Below are positions 10,556 through 20,579 of a stretch of DNA of 64,000 nt, piece by piece. The number at the start of each line of letters is the position of its first letter. Position 1 is the first letter of the stretch. The notes under the pieces are model-generated. The model saw only the letters and a program-made list of their open reading frames with translations. It ran no database searches and was not told the DNA's origin. The stretch is from Xanthomonas citri pv. mangiferaeindicae. GTDB lineage: Bacteria; Pseudomonadota; Gammaproteobacteria; Xanthomonadales; Xanthomonadaceae. The DNA is taken from NCBI GenBank assembly GCA_002240395.1, contig CP016836.1:2457174-2521173 (forward strand), read 5' to 3'. A program made the position numbers and the translations under genes.

Positions 10556-11488
10556 TCAGTCCGGCGGGGGGCGGGCGAAGCGCAGAACCCCGCCGGGGCC
10601 GAACATGCGGAACGGCAGCGATTCCAGGCGCAGGCCGCGGTTGGCCTGGACCGCGAAATGCAGGTGCGGCCCGGTGCTGGCGCCGGTGTCGCCGGAAAAG
10701 CCGAGGATCTGGCCGCGGCGCACGCGTTCGCCCGGCGCGACGATCACGCCGCCGCGTTGTAGGTGCGCGTACAGCGCCATCGTGCCGTCGTCGTGCAGCA
10801 CCCGCACGAAGTTCGCGCGGGCCGGGTCGTCGTGCGCTGTGCCGAGGCGCGTGCTGCCCGAAATCCCGGCCTCGACCTGCATGACCGTGCCGTCGCGTGC
10901 GGCCAGCACCGGCGTGCCTGCGTCGACCGCGAAGTCCACGGCGTAGGCGTGCTCGGGATCGCGATGGCTGAAGCCGCCGCCGAAGCCCTGGGCGATCCGC
11001 AGCGGGGCGCCGCGCAGCGGATAGGTGTACTCGACATCGCGCGGGCGAGCGCTGGGATGGCCGGGCACGGCCCGCAGCGCGAGGTCGACCGCGCCGTCGG
11101 CGGCATCGGGCAGCCAGGCAACGAGCGTGCGGCCATGGGCCGGAACGGTCGCGCGGGCTGGCAATGGCGGGTCGCTGCCCGGTGTCGCGCCATCGGCGGT
11201 CAGCAGCACTTCCACCGGACCGGCCAGGGTGTTCTCCGCGACGATGCCCACACGCCCGGCGGCAGGCTGCCGAAGCAGCCGGACCGCTGGAGGCGAGGCT
11301 GTTGCCGGCGACCACTGCGCGGGCGCGGGCGGCGACGCCGGCCATGCGCCAATGGAAGGCGTCTGGGCCGCGGTGCCCGGCGACAGCACAAGCATCAGAC
11401 CCGCGAAGCCGCCGATCAGCGCGGCAGCCATCGCCGAGCCGCGCTGGCTGGCGTGCCGGGCATGACGGGGATGGGGGCGGCAGCGCAT
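10556..11488 (-). CDS. M23-family peptidase (peptidoglycan metalloendopeptidase) with signal peptide
   Basis: C-terminal LytM motifs [32 protein letters not shown]. Signal-like [23 protein letters not shown]. The start is ambiguous between Met 31 (11488) and Met 50 (11431) of the ORF. Confidence 0.7.
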   Translation of the reverse strand: MRCRPHPRHARHASQRGSAMAAALIGGFAGLMLVLSPGTAAQTPSIGAWPASPPAPAQWSPATASPPAVRLLRQPAAGRVGIVAENTLAGPVEVLLTADGATPGSDPPLPARATVPAHGRTLVAWLPDAADGAVDLALRAVPGHPSARPRDVEYTYPLRGAPLRIAQGFGGGFSHRDPEHAYAVDFAVDAGTPVLAARDGTVMQVEAGISGSTRLGTAHDDPARANFVRVLHDDGTMALYAHLQRGGVIVAPGERVRRGQILGFSGDTGASTGPHLHFAVQANRGLRLESLPFRMFGPGGVLRFARPPPD

Positions 11489-11644
11489 GCCCGCGATTAT
11501 GCCGGCCCTCCATTGGCCCGATGCGCCGTGGTATCGGCCCGCTGGTGATACAGCGACGATCCGCCGGGGCGCTTGCACGATAGTTCATCGCTGCATCCGG
11601 ATGAAGCGATTGACATGGCGTGCAGGGGCTGGCAACCTGCGTGA

Positions 11645-11775
11645 CATCCATCGAGACCGGCGGAGGGACAGGCCCTTTGATGCCGGGGCAACCTGATGGG
11701 ATCCGCGCGTCGCGTGGGCCCCGTCGCGGTGCCAAGTCCTGCGGGGACCTGTGCGTCCACCGGAAGATGGTCATG
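11645..11775 (+). ncRNA. SAM-I (S-box) riboswitch aptamer in the metX 5' leader
   Basis: CCATCGAGACCGGCGGAGGGACAGGCCCTTTGATGCCGGGGCAACC ... GGTGCCAAGTCCTGCGGGG ... CCACCGGAAGATGG matches the conserved SAM-I core (P1 CCATC/GATGG, GGNGGAGGGA-NNGGCCC-GAUGAA-CCNGGCAACC, GGUGCNAANUCC, GAAAGAUG). It lies 95 nt upstream of the metX ATG. Confidence 0.7.
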
Positions 11776-11870
11776 CGTCGCTTCGGCATCGAGGCGATGC
11801 ATCCGCCGAGTCGGCGGCTTCCGGCATCCCCCCGCAAGACGCGATGGTCCGTTCCCATCTGGACATCGCC

Positions 11871-12926
11871 ATGAGTCTTGTCGACACCGCGCCCCGCCAT
11901 TCCGACGCCGGCCCCGATCCGGCGTTCGTGCCCACGTCGCCATCGAACGCCGCGACCGGAGACCGCGCTCTGCGCGGCCGCATCGATGTCGCGCTGCCGA
12001 TGCGCCACGCCGGTTTGCGCCACGTCGGTCTGCGCTATGAACTGCGCGGCACGCCAGGTGCGCCGGTGGTGTTCGTAGCCGGCGGGATCTCCGCGCACCG
12101 TCATGTCGCCTCGAGTGCCTCGTATCCCGAGCCGGGCTGGTCCGAGGCGCTGCTTGGTGCGGGCCGTGCGCTGGACCCTGCCTGCGTGCAGGTGCTGGCC
12201 TTCGATTTCATCGGCGCCGACGGCGCACTCGATGCCCCGATCGACACCACCGACCAGGCCGATGCGGTCGCCGCGCTGCTCGACGCGCTCGACATCCCGG
12301 TGCTGCACGCCTTCGTCGGCTACTCCTACGGTGCGCTGGTCGGGCTGCAGTTCGCGGTGCGCCACGGCGGCCGGCTGCGGCGGCTGGTCGCGGTCAGCGG
12401 CGCGCATCGCGCGCATCCCTACGCCGCGGCGTGGCGTGCGCTGCAGCGCCAGACCGTCGCACTGGGCCAGCTGCAGTGCGCCGATGCGCAAGGCCTGTCG
12501 CTGGCCCGGCAATTCGCGATGCTCAGCTATCGCACCCCTGAAGAATTCGCAGAGCGCTTCGACGCCGCACCCGAAGTCGTCAACGGCCGTGTGCGTGTCG
12601 CCGCCGAGGACTATCTCGACGCCGCGGGCGCGCGCTATGTCGCGCGCACGCCGGTTGCCGCGTGGCTGCGGCTGTCCGAATCGATCGACCTGCACCGGAT
12701 CGAGCCGACCCAGGTCCGGGTGCCGACCACCGTCGTCGCCGTCGAGGGCGACCGGTTGGTGCCGCTGGCCGACGCGGTGACGCTGCTCGAGGGCCTCGGA
12801 CCGAACGGCCGGCTGCGCGTGCTGCGCTCGCCCTACGGCCACGACGCCTTCCTCAAGGAAACCGATCGCATCGACGCCATCCTGGCCGTCGCACTGCGCG
12901 ACACCGACCACGGAGATACCGCATGA
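11871..12926 (+). CDS. metX: Homoserine O-acyltransferase (MetX family; O-succinyltransferase in Xanthomonas-like organisms), 351 aa
   Basis: Alpha/beta-hydrolase fold with [17 protein letters not shown] (nucleophile elbow) and ...[11 protein letters not shown]. Start is Met 41 of ORF 11751..12926. Confidence 0.85.
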   Translation: MSLVDTAPRHSDAGPDPAFVPTSPSNAATGDRALRGRIDVALPMRHAGLRHVGLRYELRGTPGAPVVFVAGGISAHRHVASSASYPEPGWSEALLGAGRALDPACVQVLAFDFIGADGALDAPIDTTDQADAVAALLDALDIPVLHAFVGYSYGALVGLQFAVRHGGRLRRLVAVSGAHRAHPYAAAWRALQRQTVALGQLQCADAQGLSLARQFAMLSYRTPEEFAERFDAAPEVVNGRVRVAAEDYLDAAGARYVARTPVAAWLRLSESIDLHRIEPTQVRVPTTVVAVEGDRLVPLADAVTLLEGLGPNGRLRVLRSPYGHDAFLKETDRIDAILAVALRDTDHGDTA

Positions 12927-14158
12927 GCATCCAGAGCCCGTCCTTCGATCCGGCCGCGTGCCGCCCCAGCACGCGTGCGGTGCGCGCCGGCATCGACCGC
13001 GATCCGGCCTACGGCGCGGTGACCCCTCCGATCGTGCTGTCGAGCAACTTCAGCTTCGAGGGCTTCGAGCGCAAGCGCGAGTACGACTACACGCGCAGCG
13101 GCAATCCCACCCGCGACCTGCTCGGCGAGGCGCTGGCCGCGCTCGAAGGCGGTGCCGGCGCGGTGGTCACGTCGACCGGCATGGCCGCGATCACGCTGGT
13201 GCTCAACGCGCTGCTGCAGCCCGGCGACCGGCTGGTGGTGCCGCATGACGCCTACGGCGGCAGTTGGCGGCTGTTCGATGCGCTGGCACGCAAGGGGCAT
13301 TTCGAGCTGGTCACCGCCGATCTCACCGACCCGCGTGCGCTGGCCGATGCGCTGGCCTGCGGCCCGAAGCTGGTGCTGATCGAGACCCCCTCCAATCCCT
13401 TGCTGCGCATCACCGACCTGCGTTTCGTCATCGAGGCCGCGCAGCGCGCCGGTGCGCTGACGGTGGTCGACAACACCTTCTTGTCGCCAGCGCTGCAGCG
13501 GCCGATCGCGTTCGGCGCCGACGTGGTGCTGCACTCGACGACCAAGTACATCAACGGCCACAGCGATGTCGTCGGCGGCGCGGTGGTCGCGCGCGATGCC
13601 GAGGTGCATGCGCAACTGGCATGGTGGGCGAATGCGCTGGGCATCACCGGCTCGCCGTTCGACAGTTTCCTGACCCTGCGCGGATTGCGCACGCTCGATG
13701 CGCGGTTGCGCGTGCATCAGGAGAACACCGCCGGCATCGTCGCGCTGCTGGATTCGCATCCCGCGGTGGCGCGGGTGCACTACCCGGGCCTGACCTCGCA
13801 CCCCGGGCATGCGGTCGCCGCGCGCCAGCAATCGGGCTTCGGCGCGATGCTGTCGTTCGAACTGGCCGGGCGCGACCCGCGCGCGGCCGTGCGTGCGTTC
13901 GTCGAGGGCCTGCAGTACTTCACGCTGGCCGAGTCGCTGGGCGGCGTCGAGAGCCTGGTCGCGCATCCAGCGACGATGACCCATGCCGCGATGAGCGCGC
14001 AGGCGCGCGAGGCGGCCGGCATTTCCGAGGGTCTGCTGCGGCTGTCGGTCGGCATCGAGGCGCTCGACGACCTGCTTACCGACCTGCAGGCAGCGCTGGC
14101 GCGAGCGGCCACCGTCGCCGACCAGGCGCCGGCAATCCGCGCCGGAGCCGACGCATGA
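12923..14158 (+). CDS. metB: Cystathionine gamma-synthase / O-succinylhomoserine (thiol)-lyase, PLP-dependent (411 aa)
   Basis: [10 protein letters not shown]...[20 protein letters not shown]...[16 protein letters not shown] (PLP-lysine motif). The ATG overlaps the metX stop (ATGA). Confidence 0.85.
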   Translation: MSIQSPSFDPAACRPSTRAVRAGIDRDPAYGAVTPPIVLSSNFSFEGFERKREYDYTRSGNPTRDLLGEALAALEGGAGAVVTSTGMAAITLVLNALLQPGDRLVVPHDAYGGSWRLFDALARKGHFELVTADLTDPRALADALACGPKLVLIETPSNPLLRITDLRFVIEAAQRAGALTVVDNTFLSPALQRPIAFGADVVLHSTTKYINGHSDVVGGAVVARDAEVHAQLAWWANALGITGSPFDSFLTLRGLRTLDARLRVHQENTAGIVALLDSHPAVARVHYPGLTSHPGHAVAARQQSGFGAMLSFELAGRDPRAAVRAFVEGLQYFTLAESLGGVESLVAHPATMTHAAMSAQAREAAGISEGLLRLSVGIEALDDLLTDLQAALARAATVADQAPAIRAGADA

Positions 14159-15243
14159 GCACGGTCGTCGCCTTGCGCCGTGCGCGCCGGACGCAACCGC
14201 AGCCCGCTCGGCTCGCGTTGCTGGGCACCGGTACTGTCGGCAGTGCCTTCGTCGCGCGCTACCAGGGGCTGGCCGCGCGGGGCCTGGCGCTGCCGGCCTT
14301 GGCGCGGATCTGCAATTCGCGCACGCAGATCGCCTGCGGCGACGATCCGGTGGCGGTGCTCGAACAGGCGCGTGTCGCGGCGACCCGACGCAACGGCTTT
14401 CCGCCCTGGGCCGAGGGCGAGAGTCCGCGGCCGGGCGATATCGTGGTCGATGCGACCGCCAGCGAGACAGTCGCCGACTGGCATCCCGAGTGGCTCGCGC
14501 GCGGAGTCCACGTGGTCACCGCCAACAAGCTCGGTACCGGCGGCGAACTCGGCCGGGCGCAAGCGATCGCCGAGGCGGTCGGCAGCGAAGGTGGCGGCCG
14601 CTATGGCGACAGCGCCACGGTCGGTGCGGGATTGCCGTTGCTGCGCAGCCTGCGCGCGCTGGTCGCCGGCGGCGACCGCATCCACGCGGTCGAAGGGGTG
14701 TTGTCGGGGTCGCTGGCCTGGTTGTTCGCCCGGTTCGACGGCAGCCAGCCGTTTTCGACTCTCGTGCAGGAGGCCCGCGCTGCCGGCTTCACCGAGCCCG
14801 ATCCGCGCATCGATCTGTCAGGCGAGGACGTGCGCCGCAAGCTGTTGATCCTGGCGCGGGCGGCGGGGCTGCCGCTGTCGGCGCATCAGGTCGCAGTCGA
14901 ATCGCTGGTGCCGCCGGCATTGGCCGCACGCGAGGTTGGGGCGCTCGAGGGCGGGTTCGCCGAGCTCGACACCGCGCTCGCCGCGCGCTGGGCCGCAGCG
15001 TCCGCGGAAGGATTGCGGTTGTGCGTGGTGGGACGTTTCGATGCGCTCGGCGGTGCCAGCGTCGGTCTGCGTGCATTGCCGGCGCATCACCCGCTGTGCG
15101 CCGGCGGCGGAACCGACAACCGGGTTGCGATCCACAGCGATCGCTATCGCGAACAGCCGCTCGTGATCCAGGGCCCCGGGGCCGGTGCGGAAGTGACAGC
15201 AGCAGCATTGCTCGACGACGTCCTGGCCTGCGCGCGACCCTGA
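14155..15243 (+). CDS. hom: Homoserine dehydrogenase, short ACT-less form (362 aa)
   Basis: LALLGTGTVGSAFVARY NAD(P)-binding motif and a catalytic domain ending ...IQGPGAGAEVTAAALLDDV, with no C-terminal ACT domain. The ATG overlaps the metB stop (ATGA). Confidence 0.8.
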   Translation: MSTVVALRRARRTQPQPARLALLGTGTVGSAFVARYQGLAARGLALPALARICNSRTQIACGDDPVAVLEQARVAATRRNGFPPWAEGESPRPGDIVVDATASETVADWHPEWLARGVHVVTANKLGTGGELGRAQAIAEAVGSEGGGRYGDSATVGAGLPLLRSLRALVAGGDRIHAVEGVLSGSLAWLFARFDGSQPFSTLVQEARAAGFTEPDPRIDLSGEDVRRKLLILARAAGLPLSAHQVAVESLVPPALAAREVGALEGGFAELDTALAARWAAASAEGLRLCVVGRFDALGGASVGLRALPAHHPLCAGGGTDNRVAIHSDRYREQPLVIQGPGAGAEVTAAALLDDVLACARP

Positions 15244-15332
15244 CCCGCCCGAGCCTGGGGCAAACCCTAGATCGGGTGCACCCCGATGGCAGGAAGCTGA
15301 ACGGCGCGCTGAAATGGCGTCATTCAGTTTCC

Positions 15333-16115
15333 ATGTCGATCACGGGGGTCTCCATCATGTCCAACACATCTTCCTTGAGCATGTCCGTCTCGCTGAGCGT
15401 CAGCGGCCAGTTGCCGTCGGTGCAGAGCTCGGCCAGCACCCAGCGCACATCCGACGGGCGGGTGCAGTTCGAGAACGATAACTACCGCATCACCGCCGGC
15501 GACAACGACGAGGTGGTGGTGTTCAACAAGAACACCGGCGAGAACTACCGCATCTGGGGCGATCCCCACGTCGAGATCGACGGCAAGCACGCCTTCGACT
15601 TCTGGGGCCAGACCACCTTCCTGCTCGACGACGGGACCAAGGTCACCATCGAGACCACGCCGTGGGAGCAGGGCGGCAATGGTGCGACGGTGGCCTCGGT
15701 CGTGACGATCACCGACGGCGACTACGGCGTGCAGATCTCCGGTGTCGACAGCAACACCTATGGCGACCTGGCGTTCCAGGAGTTCGCCGGCGGCGGCCGT
15801 CTGCTCGATGCCGCCGTGCGCGACGGCAACGTGCTGCTGGAGAACGAGAACGGCAGCGGCTTCATCGCCGTCGACCAGAACGGCAACATCCAGAATGTCG
15901 ACCAGGCCTTCATCAATGCCACCGACGAACTGAAGAACGGCGGCCCGGACTTCCTGGCCCACTTCGCCGAGATCTTCTCGTTCTTCACCGGCCTGATGTC
16001 GATCGGCTTCAACGGCGGGCTGTCGCTGGGCAGTGACAATCCCAACCGCGACCCCGAGCCGACCGCCCAGCCGGTGCCGTGGCAGTTCAGCCTGACGCTG
16101 ACGATCAGCGCCTGA
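15333..16115 (+). CDS. Cysteine-free, N-terminally Ser-rich protein with a DUF1521/MIIA-like metal-ion-inducible autocleavage motif (WGDPHVEIDGKH)
   Basis: 260 aa if the start is Met-1 (15333), 252 aa if it is the Met at 15357 preceded by GGGGG. No Cys, no signal peptide, Ser-rich first 35 aa, Gly/Asn/Asp-rich, host-like GC3 codon usage. The GD|PH motif is the self-cleavage site described for NopE1/MIIA domains. Confidence 0.6.
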   Translation: MSITGVSIMSNTSSLSMSVSLSVSGQLPSVQSSASTQRTSDGRVQFENDNYRITAGDNDEVVVFNKNTGENYRIWGDPHVEIDGKHAFDFWGQTTFLLDDGTKVTIETTPWEQGGNGATVASVVTITDGDYGVQISGVDSNTYGDLAFQEFAGGGRLLDAAVRDGNVLLENENGSGFIAVDQNGNIQNVDQAFINATDELKNGGPDFLAHFAEIFSFFTGLMSIGFNGGLSLGSDNPNRDPEPTAQPVPWQFSLTLTISA

Positions 16116-16130
16116 TTGGCGCATGTCCCC

Positions 16131-16170
16131 AAAAACGGCGTGCCGCGACCACGGCGCGCCGTTTTTCTTT
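16131..16170. terminator. Bidirectional rho-independent terminator between the MIIA-like gene (+) and vapC (-)
   Basis: AAAAACGGCGTGCCG-CGACCA-CGGCGCGCCGTTTTTCTTT: a 12-bp stem (1 mismatch) flanked by an A5 run upstream and a T5CT3 run downstream. Confidence 0.7.
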
Positions 16171-16216
16171 GGATCACCTGGGTGCGCGGCGTTGCTCGCC
16201 GTCGCCATGCGCGGCT

Positions 16217-16627
16217 TCAGCCTCGATACCCGAAGGGGTCGAACAACGGCACGCCGAAGGGGCGGAAATCCTTGAGGTTCCGTGTGACCACGGTCAGCCC
16301 ATGGACGAGGGCCGTCGCAGCGATTAGCCCATCCTCAAGGTGATGGTCTGGACGGCCGTGCATGAGCCGCGCCCATTGCCGGAAGACGGCAGCATCGGCA
16401 GACAACACGGCGTATGAGTCGGCGAGCTCGTCGAGCCAGACCTGGATGTCCGACGCCTTGGCCGGGTCGAGGCCGCGGGTGATCTCGATGCCGGCCTGGA
16501 TTTCACCAATCGTCACTGCCGACAGGTAAAGACCGCTTTCGGGCGCCTGTCCAATCCAGGCCTGTACGCCGCCGTGCGGCTTGTTCTTGCGCAACTCCGA
16601 AACGACATTCGTATCCAGCAGGAACAT
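16217..16627 (-). CDS. vapC: PIN-domain toxin VapC (136 aa)
   Basis: MFLLDTNVVSELRKNKP...ATALVHGLTVVTRNLKDF is the PIN fold (D5, E, D acidic residues). Start is Met 26 of ORF 16217..16702. Confidence 0.8.
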   Translation of the reverse strand: MFLLDTNVVSELRKNKPHGGVQAWIGQAPESGLYLSAVTIGEIQAGIEITRGLDPAKASDIQVWLDELADSYAVLSADAAVFRQWARLMHGRPDHHLEDGLIAATALVHGLTVVTRNLKDFRPFGVPLFDPFGYRG

Positions 16628-16631
16628 GCGG

Positions 16632-16886
16632 TCAGTCGAGCGCCTCGGGATCGTGCCGCCGCAGACGGCCTCGCGGCGGCAGGGGCAGGCCATCCGGGCC
16701 ATCGGGCGCCTGCAGCAGCGCCTTCAGGCTGCGTGGCCGCTGCTGCAACCGTTGCCACTGCTCCATCGGAACGACGACTGCGGTCGGTTTGCCATGATGG
16801 CTGACGATCTGCGGGCCGTCCTCCACGCTGGCGCGCAGAAGCTCGCTGAAGCGCGCCTTTGCTTCCTGAACTTGCCAAGTCTTCAT
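16632..16886 (-). CDS. vapB: Type II antitoxin (Phd/YefM- or VapB-like, 84 aa)
   Basis: Small protein MKTWQVQEAKARFSELLRASVEDGPQIV..., typical antitoxin N-terminus. It ends 4 nt before the vapC start. Confidence 0.7.
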   Translation of the reverse strand: MKTWQVQEAKARFSELLRASVEDGPQIVSHHGKPTAVVVPMEQWQRLQQRPRSLKALLQAPDGPDGLPLPPRGRLRRHDPEALD

Positions 16887-16945
16887 GAAAGCTCTCCACG
16901 CCCGATCTAGTCTGAATTCTGGTCCGAAATCAGGTCTGGGTCAAC

Positions 16946-18328
<1,383 letters not shown>

Positions 18329-18377
18329 CGCGCTATTCTACGGCCCGCCCCCTGTTCCATGCCTGACGCGACGCCGC

Positions 18378-18611
18378 ATGACGCCCCCGGCCCTGATCCT
18401 GTACCAGCGCGACGACTGCCATCTGTGCGACCTCGCGCTCGAGGTGCTGGCGCAGGCGCGCGCGCCTGCGTTCGACAGTGTCTTCATCGATGACGACGCC
18501 GCGCTCGAGGTGCGCTACGGCTGCCGTGTGCCGGTGCTCCGCGATGCCGGGCGCGACGTCGAACTGGAGTGGCCGTTCGACGCCGACGCGGTGCGGCGGC
18601 TGCTGGCCTGA
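18378..18611 (+). CDS. Glutaredoxin-like small protein (DUF836-like), 77 aa
   Basis: LILYQRDDCHLCDLALEVL...RYGCRVPVL is a thioredoxin-fold CxxC motif. Start is Met 22 of ORF 18315..18611. Confidence 0.55.
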   Translation: MTPPALILYQRDDCHLCDLALEVLAQARAPAFDSVFIDDDAALEVRYGCRVPVLRDAGRDVELEWPFDADAVRRLLA

Positions 18612-18627
18612 CCCGCCGACAGCGACG

Positions 18628-19188
18628 TCAGTTCGCAGGCTTGAGATACACCCGCGTGGCGACCGCGATCTCGTCGGGGATCGTGCCGGTGTCGGCCCAT
18701 TCGCCGCCGCCGACGCCGAAATCCAGGCGACGCACTGTCGCCCTGCCCGACAGCAGCGGACGTGGGCCTGGGATCCAGGTGAAGGTCAACGTGACCGGCT
18801 TGCGCACGCCGCGCAGCGCGAGCTCGCCGTCGGCCGCGTAGCGTCCGTCGCCGAGGTCGCGGAACCGGGTCGCGGTATAGGTGGCCTGGGCGAAGCGGGC
18901 GGCGTCGAAGAACGCCGCGCCGCGCATCTCGCCGTCATAGTCGTCGTTGCGGGTGGTCGCGGTCGCGATCGGGATTGCCACTTCCAGCCTGGCGCCGCTC
19001 AGGTCGGTCGGGTCGAATGCGAGCGTGGTGCGGAAGTCGGGAAACGTGCCGGTGAACACCTCGCCCTGGTACTTGCCGGCGAAGGCCAGCGACGAGCCGG
19101 CGGCCTGCACGTAATCGGCAGCGGAGGCGGTGAGCGGCATCGCGACGGCGAGCGCGGCCGCGAACAGGAAGCGGGGGGCGTGGGGCAT
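18628..19188 (-). CDS. YceI-family periplasmic polyisoprenoid-binding protein (186 aa)
   Basis: Signal peptide MPHAPRFLFAAALAVAMPLTASA, then YceI-like beta-barrel repeats (...GELALRGVRKPVTLTF...). Confidence 0.8.
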   Translation of the reverse strand: MPHAPRFLFAAALAVAMPLTASAADYVQAAGSSLAFAGKYQGEVFTGTFPDFRTTLAFDPTDLSGARLEVAIPIATATTRNDDYDGEMRGAAFFDAARFAQATYTATRFRDLGDGRYAADGELALRGVRKPVTLTFTWIPGPRPLLSGRATVRRLDFGVGGGEWADTGTIPDEIAVATRVYLKPAN

Positions 19189-19191
19189 CGG

Positions 19192-19769
19192 TCAGTCCTG
19201 GAGTGAGGGTGGGGGGCAGGGCGCAACCAGCCGCGTGGCAGCATCCGTGCCAGCGTGGCATCGCGCAGGAACAGGTGGTGGTATAGCGCCGCGGCCGCAT
19301 GCAGCAGCGCCAACGCCACCAGCGTCCAGAACAGCCATTCGTGCGCCTGGCCGGCCAGGCCGCGCAGATCCGGGTCGCGCGCGACCAGCGCCGGCAGATT
19401 GAACAGGCCAAACCACTGCAGCGGGTAGCCGGCGGCCGAATTGAAGGTCCAGCCGCTGAGCGGGATCGCCAGCAGCAGTGCATACAGCAGCCAGTGCGTG
19501 AGCGTGGCGATGCGGTCCTGCCAGCGCGGGGTGCCGGGCACCGGGCGCGGCGCGCCGGCGAACAGCCGCCAGGCCAGCCGCAGCGCCGCGAGCGCAAGAA
19601 TCGTCAGGCCCAGCGACTTGTGCAGGGCGTAGACCTGGACCTTGGTCGGGCTGGGTCGCATGTCGCCCATCGTCAGGCCGATGATGCCGACCGCCAGGAT
19701 CAGCACCACGACGGTCCAATGCAGCAGTTGGCTCACCGCGCCCCAGCGCTCGACATTCTTCAGCGTCAT
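19192..19769 (-). CDS. cybB: Cytochrome b561 (CybB-like); no in-frame stop before it runs into yceI, so a frameshift or sequencing indel near the 3' end is likely
   Basis: [31 protein letters not shown]...[38 protein letters not shown] has the four-helix b561 His ligands. The reading frame continues 190 nt into yceI; the +1 frame stops at 19192, 3 nt before the yceI ATG. Confidence 0.7.
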
Positions 19770-20428
19770 GGTGTCTCGTCTCCGGGTGTGTCGGTGCCGA
19801 CCGCTGTGTCGTCGGCATCGCCCGCATCGTCGCGGCCCGTGCCGCGCTCGCGCACCGCTTCGAGTTCGATGCGCAGGCCGACCGTGTCGCCGATCATCGA
19901 CGGCCAGGCGTCGATGCCGAAGTCCGCCCGCGACAGCTGCGCGGTGGCCGAGAATCCGACCATGCGCCTGAACGGCGGCATCGGGTGGCGGCGTGCGGCG
20001 TTGAACGTCGCATCGAGCGCGACCTCGCGCGACACGCCGTGCAGCGTCAGCGTGCCGTGGACGATCGCATGCGTGGCATCGCGAGGCTCGATACGGTTGG
20101 AGACGAAGGTTGCGGAGGGATGGCGCTCGGTATCGAGCAGATTGCGCGCGCGGACCGCGCGGTTCCAACGGTCGTCGCCGAAGTCGATGCGCTCGAGCGG
20201 CACCGAGACCTCGACCCGCGCGCTCGACCAGTCCGCGGGATCGAAGACCAGCGTGCCCTGGCTGCCCGACACCGTGCCGATCGCCTTCGACAGGCCGGCG
20301 TGTTCGATCTCGAGCATCACCCGGGTGTGCACCGGATCGAGCGCGTACTGCGCCGGTCGCGCGGCCACCGGCGCGCAGGCCAATGCCAGCAGCAGGCAGG
20401 GGACGAACAGGCGCCGCGGCAGTCGCAT
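19766..20428 (-). CDS. Second YceI-family protein (220 aa)
   Basis: [23 protein letters not shown] signal plus a YceI-like domain ([22 protein letters not shown]...). Its stop overlaps the cybB start, giving a yceI-cybB-yceI operon. Confidence 0.7.
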   Translation of the reverse strand: MRLPRRLFVPCLLLALACAPVAARPAQYALDPVHTRVMLEIEHAGLSKAIGTVSGSQGTLVFDPADWSSARVEVSVPLERIDFGDDRWNRAVRARNLLDTERHPSATFVSNRIEPRDATHAIVHGTLTLHGVSREVALDATFNAARRHPMPPFRRMVGFSATAQLSRADFGIDAWPSMIGDTVGLRIELEAVRERGTGRDDAGDADDTAVGTDTPGDETP

Positions 20429-20579
20429 CGTCTTGAGTTCCGGTCGCCGCGGGCGGCATGCGGGGATTCTAGGCACGAATCGCATGGTCGCGCAGCCGCG
20501 GTGGCGCTTGCATCCGGGACGATGCGTTGCGAGCATCGCGCGTTGCGGGCAAGGCCGCGGGGAAAGGGATGTCGGGCCC

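Noticed and set aside
8880-12911. 1,343-aa ORF in the six-frame track
   Set aside because: Only the 3' 1,605 nt (8880..10484) are prfC; the residue count from [12 protein letters not shown]... to the stop gives 534 aa. The upstream extension is antisense to the M23 peptidase and metX and reads as low-complexity Arg/Pro/Ala.
15333-16115. Calling the MIIA-like protein a type III effector or harpin
   Set aside because: Composition is suggestive: no Cys, Ser-rich N-terminus. But there is no PIP box upstream, no hrp/hrc genes in the window, and codon usage is native. I kept it as a motif-based observation only.
19299-20579. Upstream 427 codons of the 1,610-aa ORF 19299..24131
   Set aside because: They are antisense to the yceI-cybB-yceI operon. 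The sensor kinase begins at [20 protein letters not shown] (20580) with a signal peptide. The preceding translation is Arg/Gln-rich junk.
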